Of a stretch of 64,000 nucleotides of DNA, positions 26,092 to 39,900 are shown in pieces (position 1 is the first letter of the stretch; each line of letters starts with the position of its first letter). Made by a program: the position numbers and the translations under genes. The stretch comes from Tubiluchus corallicola (Eukaryota > Animalia > Priapulida). Under the pieces are notes generated by a model, which worked only from the letters and a program-made list of their open reading frames with translations, was not told where the DNA came from and made no database searches. The stretch is from the NCBI GenBank assembly GCA_030141605.1, contig JAQGDQ010000278.1, positions 186,001 to 250,000 on the forward strand. The letters are read 5' to 3'.

Positions 26092-29000
26092 TCAACTGAC
26101 AGCCATTTCATCTTCTGACACTGGTAAATCCTTTGTTAGCACCAAAGCACGGCACTCGTCAACTTTCTTTTTGTCAATTCGAAAAGACGGTGTCACCCAG
26201 GTGCCACAGGAACAGGGTTCACCTAAAACCAAATTCAAAATTTGACAAATGTGCATTAAAAGGCATAAGCCACTGCTCCGCAATTGATTACTGGTACTTG
26301 ATAATAATTTATACTGAAAAATAATTTGTATCGAACAAATGAGTAAGAAAATCACTGTTATTAAACAAATTTAGCCTAACTGAAAGGAGCTTTCTGGTAA
26401 AAAATAAACAATAAATTTTTTTGTGCACCTAGCACAAAGCTCATTCACACAAAGGCAATTGTCGAGTATTACTTTCATCGGATCTTTTGTTTTATCAATA
26501 CAGTTTTATAGCTATTGTCTATAAACTTTTTACAAAACACGAACTGTGATGCTAAAATGTTATTCCCACAGATGCCAAATTGAATTGTCAGTATGTAAAC
26601 TTGACCACCTAACTTAGTTTGGAGATTTTCATGATTTAAACTCCACATTCTTGATTACTTCTATTACATAATTTAGCGCATGTTTGCAAGAGCCACACGA
26701 ACTACAGTGGAAGTAATGTAGTATAAGCACATCTTACCAAACCATGTAAATGATCCTAACTTAGCTGAGCACTTGGGACACAAAACCTAGAAACAAAAAA
26801 GAGGTTAATTATAGGCCTGTAATGATCTTATGACTAAAACTTCAGAAGATTGTATCTAATCACATTTACAAGCAGTGCAGTAGCATTTAACAAAGACAAG
26901 AACATAGTGTTATTGCTTTGAAATCACAATACTACTTTTTTAAAAATAAGTTTATGCCATAGTTAGTAGTGTCAACAATGTACAGTTTTAGTTTTTAATT
27001 AATATGCTGAGATTATAATGTGCACCAAACTATCCAGCACTTCTGTGGAATTTTTAACTAATCACAATTAATCCACACTTATTAGCAATAAATTAAACTT
27101 CAAATAGCACTAAATGTGGTTAACCAAATTTGTATAAATGTTAATAACCTTCAAGATCATTTAGCCAAAAGAAACAACAGGTAAGCTGAGTGCCACTTCA
27201 TTTCTAATTATTTTCCATATTTGTTTGTTTATTTTATGCTTGTGTCTTGTAAATGTAATATATTATTTGCTTGTGTTTGAATAATTGTATTGTTGTGTAA
27301 TTGTATAATTGTTATGTGTTTGTAATCTTGATACCCCATCATTTGCCCCTGTCTTGTATTATATGTATTTTCTGTGTGCACATTGTATCTGTTTACTGAT
27401 CTATTATGCCATTCAAGTACTGTGGTCTTTCTTCTTCTTCAGGCATCTTATTTCAACTAGCATCAGTGAAGTCAAAGCATTATAGAACACAAACTAGTCA
27501 TACTGCACAACACTATCTACCTTTCCAGACAAAGCCAGTATAGAAGACTCCATCCATTTCATAGGTTCAATGTTTATTGTTCTTGTACAGTTTTCGCTAT
27601 TAAAGCCTGCTGGCTGTTCAGAATTGGACTGTAATTTAGCCCTCCAGTCAAATGCAGTTTCACCTTTTCCAGGACTATGAGGCAAAGCATTAGTGTTTTT
27701 AAACAGTGGTCGCCTAGTGAAAACAATCAGAACAATTTCGAAGAATAAAATAATGCAAATTAAGCACAAGCTAGGTAAAGGTTCAACAATCTTCAACTAG
27801 TGTAGTCCTGAACAAATCAGGCAATTTTAGTTTTTTAATTCAAGTACTCATTCTTTTTACTCAGTATACACCAACAAACTACATTTTGAGATACGTGGCA
27901 CTTTATTCTAAATAATCTTACATACCTGCATTTTTTGCACTTGTACAATAATGTCTGCTCTTCCGTAGTTTGCATCGGATCATTTCCTAAAGCTGACTCT
28001 GGCAAAAATTTACGACCTGAAATAGTTTACAGCAGATAATTTAACCATTTCACATACAAACAAGTACTTGAAGCAAAAGCTAAGTCTCTCGGGAAGTTGA
28101 CCTTATTTTAATATTTGAGAAAAATGTTAGAAAGTTTCAGCACTGAAATAGTGATAAGCGGCCTGTGTAATTAGTAAAATAAATTTAAAGTCACGATCAC
28201 TTCACACTTGGGCGCGCTGAGGTTATCGAACGAAAGTGAAAGAAACACAGTGTCATCCAGTTATCGTGTAATATAAACGCTTATTCTGAATTTATCAAAT
28301 GACAAATTTTTTCATAAACACAGCTGAACACAATAAGTGAACTGTAGAAATTTTGCAATGCGTGCCTTCACCACTGCTTGCCTTCATGTTATTTTTGCTG
28401 CCAAGTAAGCACCAGCTTACGTCATTTTTTTCAAATATGTCAGCAGTGATGGCAGGAGATAAAAAACATTTAAATTTCTATTGCATTTTTAAGCAAGGCA
28501 TTTATTGCGCAATATAGCGTGTGATGATTTCAATATTTTTAATTTTATGCTAAATGGAAATAAATGTTGTTCGAGGGTTTGGTTTTCCTTTAACATGTGG
28601 GTTCCATACACTAGTGAGGTGCAAAAATGCTAAGAATTTTACCTAGGGTCGACATCTGCGCTAACGGTTAAGTTGCGGGAACAATAATACATATAAAATA
28701 AATGTATTATATGTTTAACTTACCACCCTTCTGTAAAGCACTTGAAAGTTTCGTCAGTCTATACTGTTTAAACTCAATGCTGTTTTCATCTAATTCACAA
28801 TTCAGACTTTCGTACATCTTCAACTGCATTATAAAGCCTTGATTTGGACTAGAAATAAATAGTAATCAAATGATTAAAATTTAAATCTTAATGACACAGT
28901 CTATAAAGTTTAATGACAGAATAAATAAAGTCTGATTATGCCTGTTATGTGACAATCTGGTTTTTTGTTTTAGTACTATGTAATAGTTGCAGAGATGCAG

Positions 29001-32000
29001 GAAATGGGGGCAATCGTCACCAGGCGCAATGGTAAGAGGGTGCAAAATTCTTCTAGAGTTAAACATCAGTTAATTATTAATTAGTAATCTGACATTAGCA
29101 ATTAACGAAATCTGACATTTTCAAACTGAAGCAGAATTGCTTAGTCAGAGATCATTGTAGCGGACTTACTTACTATGTTTAACGATTGTCGTGTCACAAG
29201 TAACTTTCTTAGAGAAATGCACAGAAAAAAATTATTCTGATGCAGTGCCGCAAATCAAAAAAGGGTGAATTCTAGAAACAATTCGTTTATCCCTTCATGT
29301 CGAAAAAGGAAAGTGGAACTCGGGGACACAAGAAACGTGCAAAATTTGCGGCTTTGCCCACGAAACAAATGAGCAAAACATTAAAAGGGTAAGGAGCTAG
29401 AAGTTTTTTACCCCTCAGATGCCATCCCAAGAACTTGCTACGATACTGATTAGTTACCTCTGCGAACACCACAATCATATTTTTCTAAATTTCAATGCGT
29501 TTTTCAAGGTGATACCTAAATGCCATTCATCCAACAAACTACTGGTGCAATCCATAAAGTGACGACACCTCTGCACGTGTTGTCTCTTATTATTGATATT
29601 AATTTAAGTGTTCAATCCAATAGCCTCATGTACTTTAATTTTTAATATTTTTTCAATGATAAACCATGATGGGTGGACTTTAAACATAAAATGAAATATA
29701 TGACTCAGAGGAAACTCTCTTTGTTTCCCTGGAAATTTATTTGCTCTTTTGCCCTCCCCGCAAAAATAACATCAGCAGCAGCTGTAAAGAAGCGGCTTAA
29801 AAAAAGTTAAAGCAAAAGCTGCAGCAACAGAAGCATCAGCAGCGATGGTGATAACAACAACAACAGTGGTGTATTGATCACTACCAGTTTTTTAGCACAA
29901 ATAGCCCATTACACTATCCCAACGAAAAGTTAAAATGACAACAAAAACCAAAATAATTGTAATAATATTTTTTGAGTTTTGAGGTCCAAAAGCTTTTCAT
30001 GCAATTCAGTCAAATTTGAGAATTTCTAACTGGTCAGCAATACCTTATCAAGCGAATTTGTTTAATTTTTTCCATTGCTTGATCAACTGTCAGCTTGCAT
30101 TTCTTCATTAAATATGCAATGGCAATAGTAGCACTCCGGGACACACCTACATAACTTAAATACAAAATTAGTGTAAAACACTTAAAAATATATAGTGTGA
30201 AAATGCCTAAAGGTAATATCCTATAAATCGTTTATTTTATGGACACTAATTTCTTTCTTTGTGTGTGTGTGTGTGTGTGTGTCTTTGCTGAAGTGGGTGG
30301 TGGTTATTTTCATTTGAAGCATTTGTTTTTTCACCACCACCAATTAGGAAGCTAATAAGTTTGGAATTTATGAGAACTTTAGTGACATCAAACATGGCTT
30401 CATAAATCTACTACAATGGTGACTTTAATTTATATTTGTATGCCAAGTTATTTTCTATGTGCAGCCATGTGACAAATTTACTCCTCTGCTCTAGAGTCTA
30501 GACTCAGTAAAGTAACAAAAGAAAATGGCAAAACTCCAAATGTGGGCTCAAAACATTTTTAATTACTGAGTAAAAGTTTCCACATGATGAACATTGTTGT
30601 CCGATTAGCTGCAAAGAAAAATGAAACCAAATCAGTGAGTGACTTATGAAACACCCTGTACTATATCATTGGCGGTGGCATAGCTAAAACTGGGAGAAAG
30701 AGGAGCAACCGCTACCTCAATCACATTATTCAATATTGGCATCAGTTCAACAACCTGCCTTATTACCTAATTTGACCAACCTGCCTCCCGCGTTCTTAAA
30801 GTGAGCAGTGCATTAACACAACTTTTTTGACAAGGTTGACTGATTGAACTAGGGATCGAATTGCCCGAAATCTACTTATTATAATATATTCTTGTCACAC
30901 ACTGATGCAATCTGTTGTGGCATAGACAAACATATAATTGCTTCATGTGTCCTCCTAGCTTTATAACCTGGCCACGCCCCTGATCATGGGTGCTTGAGCA
31001 ACAAAACATACTATAGTGAAAAGATGTAGTAAAGTAAAGTTTAGATACTAAAATACAAACAGATATCATCTTAGCCCAACAGGTCATGAGCTGAACACAC
31101 TGAATGATAAAGAATGACAAATCCCATCTTCCTAATGGCACTTTTTGAAAAGCAAAGTTACATACATTAAGCTACTCAAAATTATAATGATTTCTTTACA
31201 TAACCCATTATAAGAAGGGGTGAGCATTCTATACCAGAAAGTGAGTTCGAATGAAATCGAATTTTTGACTTTCGAACTGGAATCAATCCGAATTTCAAGA
31301 TTTCTGATCCGAATTCAGTTTTAAAGATCTTCAAATTATAAATAAACTCTCGCAAAGATCATGCATGTCTTTTGCTCTGCAGTAAAAGTCCAATAATTTG
31401 TTTATAAATTGTGCACAGAAATCAGTGGGCTAAACTGTGCTGATTGCATTATTTTTCACATGATTTCATGATAAACAACACGTAGTTTAAGTGTTGAAAT
31501 ATTTGAATCCATAATTTTAGGTCTGAATCTAATTCGAATAAAAAAATCATTTGAATAGAATTCAAATATTTCAATTCCATTTGGAATGTTGCTCATGCCT
31601 AGTTATAATTAAATATTTTAAAAGGAATACAGGAAAAACAATTAATATGTGTGTTATGTCAATCAGAAACATGGAAAATAAATAAATAGAATTTAAAGCA
31701 AGTGTGATTTTGTTAATATTTTGTGCAGATGATTACTTTTAGTAGTAAATTAAACATATTGTTGAATTCACATATATAAAGTAGCTGAAAAGGAACTTCT
31801 TATAAATTACAAGAAGCACCACATAATGAACAAATAAATGTGAATAAGTAATATTAATTGTTGGAATACTATTTCATATGATCAACCCATTTTAACTTTT
31901 TACCAGTGAACCAAAATGCCTCCTTTCTCACGTCCCTGTTCAATGAAACGGTAGCATTCCTCAAAATAGCACAGTAAGTCCTGATCACACATATCCTCAG

Positions 32001-33299
32001 CTTTGACAAACTTGTATTCGAAACCTGTAACATTTAGTACAGCTTCCAGAAAAAAGTAATGCCCACCAGTCATGTGACTGGCATCAGATATGACTCCACT
32101 TAACATAATGTCAAATCAGACACCATAAAACAAATGTGTGAAAATGTGCGAAAGTGAACATTAAAACACATTTCTAATGTGTCAGCCCGGCCGGTTTTAA
32201 GCTAATTAGACAGATTTGTTCAAATAGAGCCCACACACATGCTCGAGCAGAAGACACTATGATGAAAAAATGACTGTCCAGTGTGCACAAAGTTTCTTGA
32301 TATTGTGAAGGCAGTGAAATTATTCAGTCTGTCTTTGTATATCTATGTTTCAGTGTTTTTTTGCTGATTGTTTGTTTATTTATTTTGTAATTTCAGTTTA
32401 CCATCGCCATTTACCTTCTTAAAGAAAAGATAATTGGCGACCCTCCCTCTGTGAATTAGCTAGATCGTCACTGAACTTAAATTTTACTAATTTGTGGACA
32501 ATATTCAAACCCTCCCACACAGAAAAAATGACAACATTATACAACGTAAAGCTTGGAATACAAAGTTGTTGTTGTTGGAGTTCAAATGCTGTTTGTTAAA
32601 TATGTCCAAAGTGTGTATACTAGCATCCGCTATATAAAACTGATTAAAACACATCTACAGTCAACAATTTCACAAGACAAACTAGCTAATTTGGCGAAAC
32701 TATCTATACAAAATGACATTACAAAAACCATTGACTTTAAAATGACTTTGAAAGACTTCTCTGATAAAAAAGCCAGAAAAATCTATTTTTAGAAGGCCTA
32801 TGCAAAACAGTATGTCAGTAATTATCTTGACTTGTAATAAAACATTAAAACTAACATATAAGCTTTCAATTTTTAGTACATCATTATGGCTAATGGTGTA
32901 GCCTCAAGCCATCAACACTTTTTTGGCTAGGACTGGCATACTACACACAAGCATAAAACATCAGTTTTTGTGGGTAGAGGGCCCACTTACAATTTTCTAG
33001 TTGGACCACACTTCCTAGCACTGGCCCTGAATATGTCAATATATAAATCAATAATTTAATAAGATTATTAAATGAATGATGAGATACATGTTGTTACCTT
33101 GGCTGATATTAGGGGGCAGAGGACTGTATTCAACTGTTAGAATGTGGGTTATGCCTTTTTCTTTCAGCCAGGCAATATCTTTAGTAGCATCGGCACTACC
33201 CAAGAACATTCTCTCATATATTTCATGCATGTTTTGCCTTAGCTTGTTCATCTGAGTGCGAAAATCAGATGTGGCACGAAACCAGGCAGGTTGTTCCAT
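26092..33299 (-). CDS. DUSP12: Dual-specificity phosphatase 12 (YVH1), about 340 aa
   Basis: Exons 33299-33098 (GITHILTV), 32024-31904, 30154-30044, 28848-28724 (PNQGFIMQL), 28016-27926 (YKCKKCR), 27713-27521 (IEPMKWM), 26786-26738 (LCPKCSAKLGSF), 26222-26092 (CSCGTWVTP). Spliced active site VHCYVGVSRS plus the YVH1 C-terminal zinc domain. The start codon could lie in an upstream exon (acceptor at 33326). Confidence 0.93.
31214..31601. mobile_element. hAT-like MITE with GAATCGAAT-type subterminal repeats
   Basis: Ends aggggtgagca / tgctcatgccta; degenerate 8-bp TSD attataag / gttataat; ttcgaa/gaatc motifs clustered at both ends. Confidence 0.5.
32184..33029 (+). mobile_element. Deleted hAT transposon retaining the C-terminal dimerisation-domain remnant
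   Basis: ORF 32553-32792 (KLIKTHLQSTISQDKLANLAKLSIQNDI..DFSDKKARK) resembles the hATC C-terminus. Right TIR ctggccctg; 8-bp TSD aatgtgtc / aatatgtc. Confidence 0.75.
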
Positions 33300-34764
33300 T
33301 CTGCTAGCATTCAGAAAGACTTTACCTAAAAAAACAACAAAAAACAAAATAATTCTTATTTAACTCCGAATATGGTTATAAGAAAAAAGTCTGACAATGT
33401 TACTAATTATGGGTCAGGTAACAGACATTGCTGGAGAGGTAAACTCTAAACCCAACTATTTTGGCTGGCAACTACACCCATTTACCAAACTAACCTTGAT
33501 ATGAAACAAAGAATCGCAATAAAAGGGTCTACGGTGTCTTAACCACTTTTTTTTTACAATTTTAATTTGAATTCGTTAGAATGGAAGTAATTTGCAGAAC
33601 TCACCAGAACTACCAGAAACCATAATCAGTGTAAGCTGTAAGTAAGTATATCTGCTGAAGTGTGGTGCTTTTAATGATTTATCAGATAGCTCATGTGCAC
33701 TTGTGTTTGGATAATAAATGTGGACGCCGGAACTGCAAAGCATATCTTTAACAGAAGCTGACAAATTTAATGCAAGCTCTCACAATAACATCAATATAAG
33801 TCTATGTGACACCAAAACAACATAGACAGTGTTGCTGCTTGTGCCACACTTATTATATTTTATAATTCGTTGTGATAATATTTCATGTAAAAATTGTTGT
33901 CTTTTTATACCTTGATATCAAACATTATGCAAATGTATTTTTTTCTTCTTTATTCAAGGCAACTCACAAGTTCCCTGTTTTACAAATTAAATTAATTATT
34001 TTATTTTCTGTTTGTCATTTAGGCTTCTATATTATCTAAAAATAAAATTTAATAAAAGCAGCAACTGACAAAAAACTACATGTAAAAAAACAACACCTTT
34101 ATATTGTACTAGTAAAAATAACTTTATTATAGTTTACAATGCTGATTAAAATTATACATTTCACTTTATATAGGGGGAGTAAAATACCCTATGAATGGTA
34201 GTTCCCTTTCCCCTCACTATTTAAATGGTTATTCATCAATTGACTGCATGGTGTAAATCATAATTATGTGTGAAATAATCATGATTCACACTGAAATTGC
34301 TCATGGTTCGCACTGAAATAAAGTTCTTACACCAACGTTGCATGCAACTTCGTGCAGTTGCAGCTATGCTATCCATTACATTAGACAAAAGATGAAACAA
34401 AATTCTACTGACAGTGGGTGCAACAAGGAATGCGCATGTTTAATTTTGTTTACATGTTGTGCCACACTTTGCTGACTTACTAATTAATGGACTTAAGACA
34501 TCAAGTTGCTTACTAGAAGATGTGATGAGACTGACTAACTGGTTAACACAAGTCACAAGCAGCAACCAAAAGGAATTACGGAAATCTTTAACATCAGGTG
34601 AGTTAATTGACATCCAGGCAAATTTTTAACGCACCATTTGTTTGGTACGCTTCGCTCCACTTCTATGGGCGCACCGTGAAATCGATTGCAAAATGCAAAT
34701 ACTGTTTTTATTCCTCCCAAAATTTATTTCAGGAACTTCATTTAATTACATTTTCCTTTAGCAC

Positions 34765-35830
34765 TCACTCACCTTCATGGTGAGTAAACCCTTTTTTGCT
34801 CTCTTGCTCCAATCTCTCATCCACTGAGTAGCTAGCCAAATAGCAACCTTGTCCAGTTATTCGTTGTTGGTTTACTCTCTTCCTAATATACCAAATTGGT
34901 ACTAAAATATGAGGTGTCTCGCTCGGAGTTCTGTATCAAGTTTATGTTTGAAACTATTTATATTATTTGCACTCACTAATGATTCCGGTAACGAGTTCGA
35001 CGGTATCACTTTGGCTTGTGAAAAACCATGCCGTTGCGTTTCAGTATTAACCCTATTCTTGAACAATTTAACACTATGCCCTCGTGTAATGTTTCTAGTG
35101 AGAGTGAAAAATTGGTTTGTATTGATGCCAGTAAATCTCTTTAGACTCTTAAACATTTCAGTGAGTCTCCCTGTACGTCTTCTTGCACAAAGTCAATAAA
35201 GGTCTAATTTTTGCAGTTTTTGCGAGTATGAGAGTCCTTCAAGACCTATGATCATGTCCAAAGCTCGTATTTGTATGTGTTTGGGAGCACGGGTGTCCTT
35301 GAGATAGTAAGAATCCCATATCAGACTGATATAGGACGAACAAGAGATTTCTATAGTGGGAGAATTATCTCAGCTCTTCTGGAAGTTATGGTCCTACTAA
35401 TTAGTCCAAGGATTCTGTTACTCTTAATAATTTTCTTAGAGATATGACTACAAAAATTTAGTTTGCTGTCTACTAATAGTGCAAGATCTACCTCTTCAGT
35501 CACTTTAGGCAAATCATGTGAGGATGGATTGATCCGATTACCCATCACTTAGCCAGTGCTTTTATCCAGTTAAGCAGTTGCCCTCGAATGCCATATGCTT
35601 CAAGTTTAAGTAGCAATCTTCTATGTGGGACTTTGTCAAATGCTTTCGCTAAGTCTAAGTATACTAAGTCAAAAGGACTACCGTGAATACATATTCGAAA
35701 AACTCCAGTAGATTACTTGTCATTGACCGTTTTTTGAGAAACCCATGTTGAGAACTACTTAAATAATTGTTAACTTGTAAATAGACAAGTATTGTATTGA
35801 CGACATGCCTCTCCAGCAATTTGCAACAGT
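34765..35830 (-). mobile_element. CR1-like LINE, truncated and internally deleted
   Basis: The minus strand gives RT motifs [36 protein letters not shown], then DSKLNF..SNRILGLISR and TRGHSVKLFK..NSFKHKLD. Possible (GAGT)n tail near 34765. Confidence 0.85.
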
Positions 35831-36927
35831 ACAATACAAACAATTATTCACAAAGTCACAATCTGGTTTCTTTTATACTTTCTCATTGCAACTTTCAGCA
35901 TGATCTATTAAGACTTCTAGCACGTGGGACACATTTCCCTATACATGATACCTCATATTTTCTTTATTTTGACCTTATAGTACTCATTCTCAAAACGTGC
36001 ATAACCAAATAACGGAAAAACTGTGTGAACTCCATACATATATAGAGTATTTCCTCCTATATAGAGTAAATCCTGCCAAGGGTCACTTTGTGCCAAGGGA
36101 GGGCACAAAACACAAGGTCACAAAAGCTTATGCCGAGTTTCCATTTATATTGATAAACTTTGTGCTTATTAGTATAAGGAAGAATTTTGTAATATATAGC
36201 AGCACTCGGTTTGTTCTCATTTGTTTTTCAGAAATCTTAATTTTCTGCTCTTAGTAACATTTCTGTTGCATTCTCTTATATTACTGTTTTCATTTTTTGC
36301 TTTTTATGTATTTTTGATTCAGATTTCTTTTATTCTACAGTTTGTCATTGACAATTCCATGTGGTTGTTAATTTTTCAATTGTATTCTCATTTTAAACTG
36401 GGGACTTAACTAGGGAGCTAAAAAAATTATTTTACAAGTATTTAAATTAAATCTGTTTTTTCCTTTTCGTCTTTTTATTAACACTTTGTGTTTCCTCATT
36501 TTAGACAATCACCAAGATATTGCATTATGCAGAAGAGAAATTCACTGAGCTATTAATAACAATTTTTTAAACTGTCTTCCAATTTGAAAGCTTAAACTGC
36601 TGTTTAAACAACAATTAAATTTGAGACCAACAAGACACCGTCATTCTAATTCTTTTGAGAAAACTTCATGGTCTTTCATTACTTTTTCTCAATTATAAAT
36701 GTGTAAGTCAGTTATTATTCACATAATTAGCTTCATATTTGTCCCTGAAACAAATTTAATATAAAATAGTATATAAACTAAGAACTGCACATATGTAACT
36801 GTAACATTTTATTATAGATACGCTTTAACTGCAACAAATTAAATGACAATTAATGTTCCATATAAAAAGTAGCATAAAAAACAAATGAAATTTACAAATT
36901 CTTGTCAAATAAATATTTTGTTTTAAA

Positions 36928-39900
36928 TTAGTTGGAAATATCACAGCTAAAGTTAGCCTTGCATAAACATTCCTTTAATTCTGTCAAATTCCGTTCAAAT
37001 GTTATGCAGAAACCTCGAGATGCTGGAATCAGAGGAAACCCAGGATGCAATGAATCAACTGCTGCATCTTCATCTACACAACCAGATTCTGTCAGAAATC
37101 GTCAATAGTCAGAAAATGGCAATGCTTTAAATATAAATATATGCACATAAAATACATGGAAATGGAACAAGTATTTTTAGTATTAACATATTATTATATT
37201 GTAACTATGTTTATTACCAGCAATATCTCAATATTAGAAGCATTTCGCCATTTTTTTGCATTAACAGCACTGTTTAACAATTGTGGAGTTCTGCACTACA
37301 CGAATCTATTTAAAGCTACGACATTTTCTTGACCTGGCAATAGTTGCCTTTAGGAAATACTTCAATCTTGAGTGGTTACAGTGTTGCACTCGGCAATCAG
37401 ACTTAAGTATGGACGAATTACTATGAGTGTCATTGTGGATGGTTTCATTCGCCTTGCTGATTCTGGTTCTTCTACCAGAATGACAATAGTACAAAAAGTC
37501 TTTTTATAAACACTTTCATGATGGGCAAACAAGTGATGAAAAGCATTATCGTCTAAACATATTACATAAAAAAACCAAGTCAGATATTAAACACGTAAGT
37601 AGGACAAACAGCTGGCAAAGGAGGCAATAAAGTATTTTTGTTCACTTGAATAATAATGAAATTTTCATCTCCCAAGAGACACATATTTTACAAATAATGT
37701 ATCTCACAAATTCCTTGACATACAAGCACGGGAAATGGACAGCAAAACGTAGCAAGACTAATCAGTTAACGCAAAAAAAGAAAATTATTACTCTATTATT
37801 AGCTGTAAAATGTTGGACATGGTTTTATCTCTGGAACATTATCATCTTACCTTTATCAACAACGGAAGGTGATGAGTCAGAGGAAGGATTAGCAGAGTTT
37901 TTGGCAATTTCCAGCCAATTTTCCCATCTTCTTATCAAACTGAAACATTGCAGTGAAAGATTTAGTGTCTTTTGTTCAGTAGTGTAAGTGTTAAAACTTT
38001 AGTAAGTTCTTCGCTGGACTTAATTTCAATTTTTATAGCTTTTTGTTACAAGTTTAAATTAATGCATTACTATAACAAGTTTGTGTATAAAGACTAACAA
38101 TCGAACTTAGCTAGAGAATATTTTTATAAATTTTATTTCAAAAAAGTATCTTGACAGCCCTGTAAATGAATGTAAGATACAAAATTGTAAAAAATAATCA
38201 GAGCAACAAGAAATATATGTTAGGAAGTTTAGAAAGCATACAGTGGCTTACCTAGTGGGGAGCAAGGGGAGTAACTGCTCCCCCTAGCACATTTTTCAAA
38301 ACTGGTACCTTCTCAACAATTTTTAGTTCATTTGTGCAGTTGCTGAATGATCCTTTAGTCACTTGAAACAGATAAAGTCCTACCTTTGTTCTACAATTGG
38401 CGAGGACAGATTGTCTGGGTTAGCTTAGCTCTCCATTGAAAGAAAGTTTGCTATTAAGTTGGATTATAGCAAGGTTATAGATTACTTTGCTAGAATGAAG
38501 CCTAGCCAAAACAGACTGTTGTACTTCCTTCATGACACGTTTTTCACAATGCTTCATCCTGGTTTTCATGTTACGTTTAAAATTACAATAATTAAATAAC
38601 ACACATATTTTTATTATGTTTTGAGACGTATGAGCTTACAATAGAACTCTTTATTGTGTTTTAATTTTAAATACAAAATAAGAATTATGTACTTCCTTTA
38701 AAACTGTATCTTCCTCGTGATTTGATTTTAAAACAAAATTAAAATATACAATCAATGCCTTAAAAATTGTAGGGTCGTGTCACGCTTCCTTTTTATGCAC
38801 TTGCTCCCCCTAACTTTAGAACCTGGCTACACCCCTGGAGACATAGCTATATACAGTACCTGTGTGCATTTTGTTTCAAATGATCAGAGAACTCTTTGTG
38901 AAAAACTTCTGGGGGGTTTTGCACCATCTTTGTCACAGATTGCACCATCTTGAGAACAACCATCTCATTGTACATACGACTGCTTTCCTTTCCTTGCTGA
39001 GTACCCATCTGCTTCTCATACCTGTCATGATTTGTTGAATACAAATTTTAACATCAGCACAATTTTGGTTCCAGAAAATTGCCTGGATACATTAAATTTT
39101 GTTGAGATATTCTCTTGGAAGGGCCGACTTTATCACTAGGCAAACTTGGCAGTTGCCAAGGGTGCCAAATTTTGGGGGCACCAAATTCTATAATTCGATT
39201 TAAAGTTACCATAAGAATAACATAGTGAATGTATAATCACTTAAGCGCTAGAGTATGCATCTATTGTATGCATTGAGCAGCAAAGCTTATAGTAATAATC
39301 TTTCCATTAATAAAAAACTCTTACAGAAGCATTTATCTAATTATTAAAGATAAATAAGAATCAAAATCTTCAGGAGTGGAATGTACAGGAAGCGAAAGGT
39401 GAAAAAGCTGGCAGACATTGAACAGCAAGAAAAATTGCAAATCTGGAAGCAGATCAGATTTATACATGTAGTTGTGAAAATGATGAAGCTAGTGAAATGA
39501 GTGTATACGTGCAAAACAGGAGTTAGTGTTCACAAAATTTTTGATGGAAAGGTTGAGGAAAATATAGCCAAAAGAAACTTGCAAAAATTTGAATAAGTAA
39601 TAAACTATACTTAGTTAGTACACTATAATACATGTATAAGCCAAACACACAGGTATTATTATACTTTATTACAGTTCACACCCGAAATAAACTGTTAAGA
39701 TAACACAATCACTCTGCCTTTTATACAAATATTCTCAAACAAAGCCAGAGGTCAGTGGTCAATAAGTGATGTAAATAAGGTTGCAGTTAACAGGAAAACA
39801 ATCTTCTATCAAAAAATTTCTCAGACAACAGGTGCAAAGAAAGAAATCTGGAATTATCAGCAGCTGCCGTTCATCTAGTAAAACTTGGAGACTTGGAACA

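Noticed and set aside
32553-32792. Host ZMYM1-like gene exon
   Set aside because: It lies between hAT-type ends with a TSD inside a DUSP12 intron, so it is a transposase remnant.
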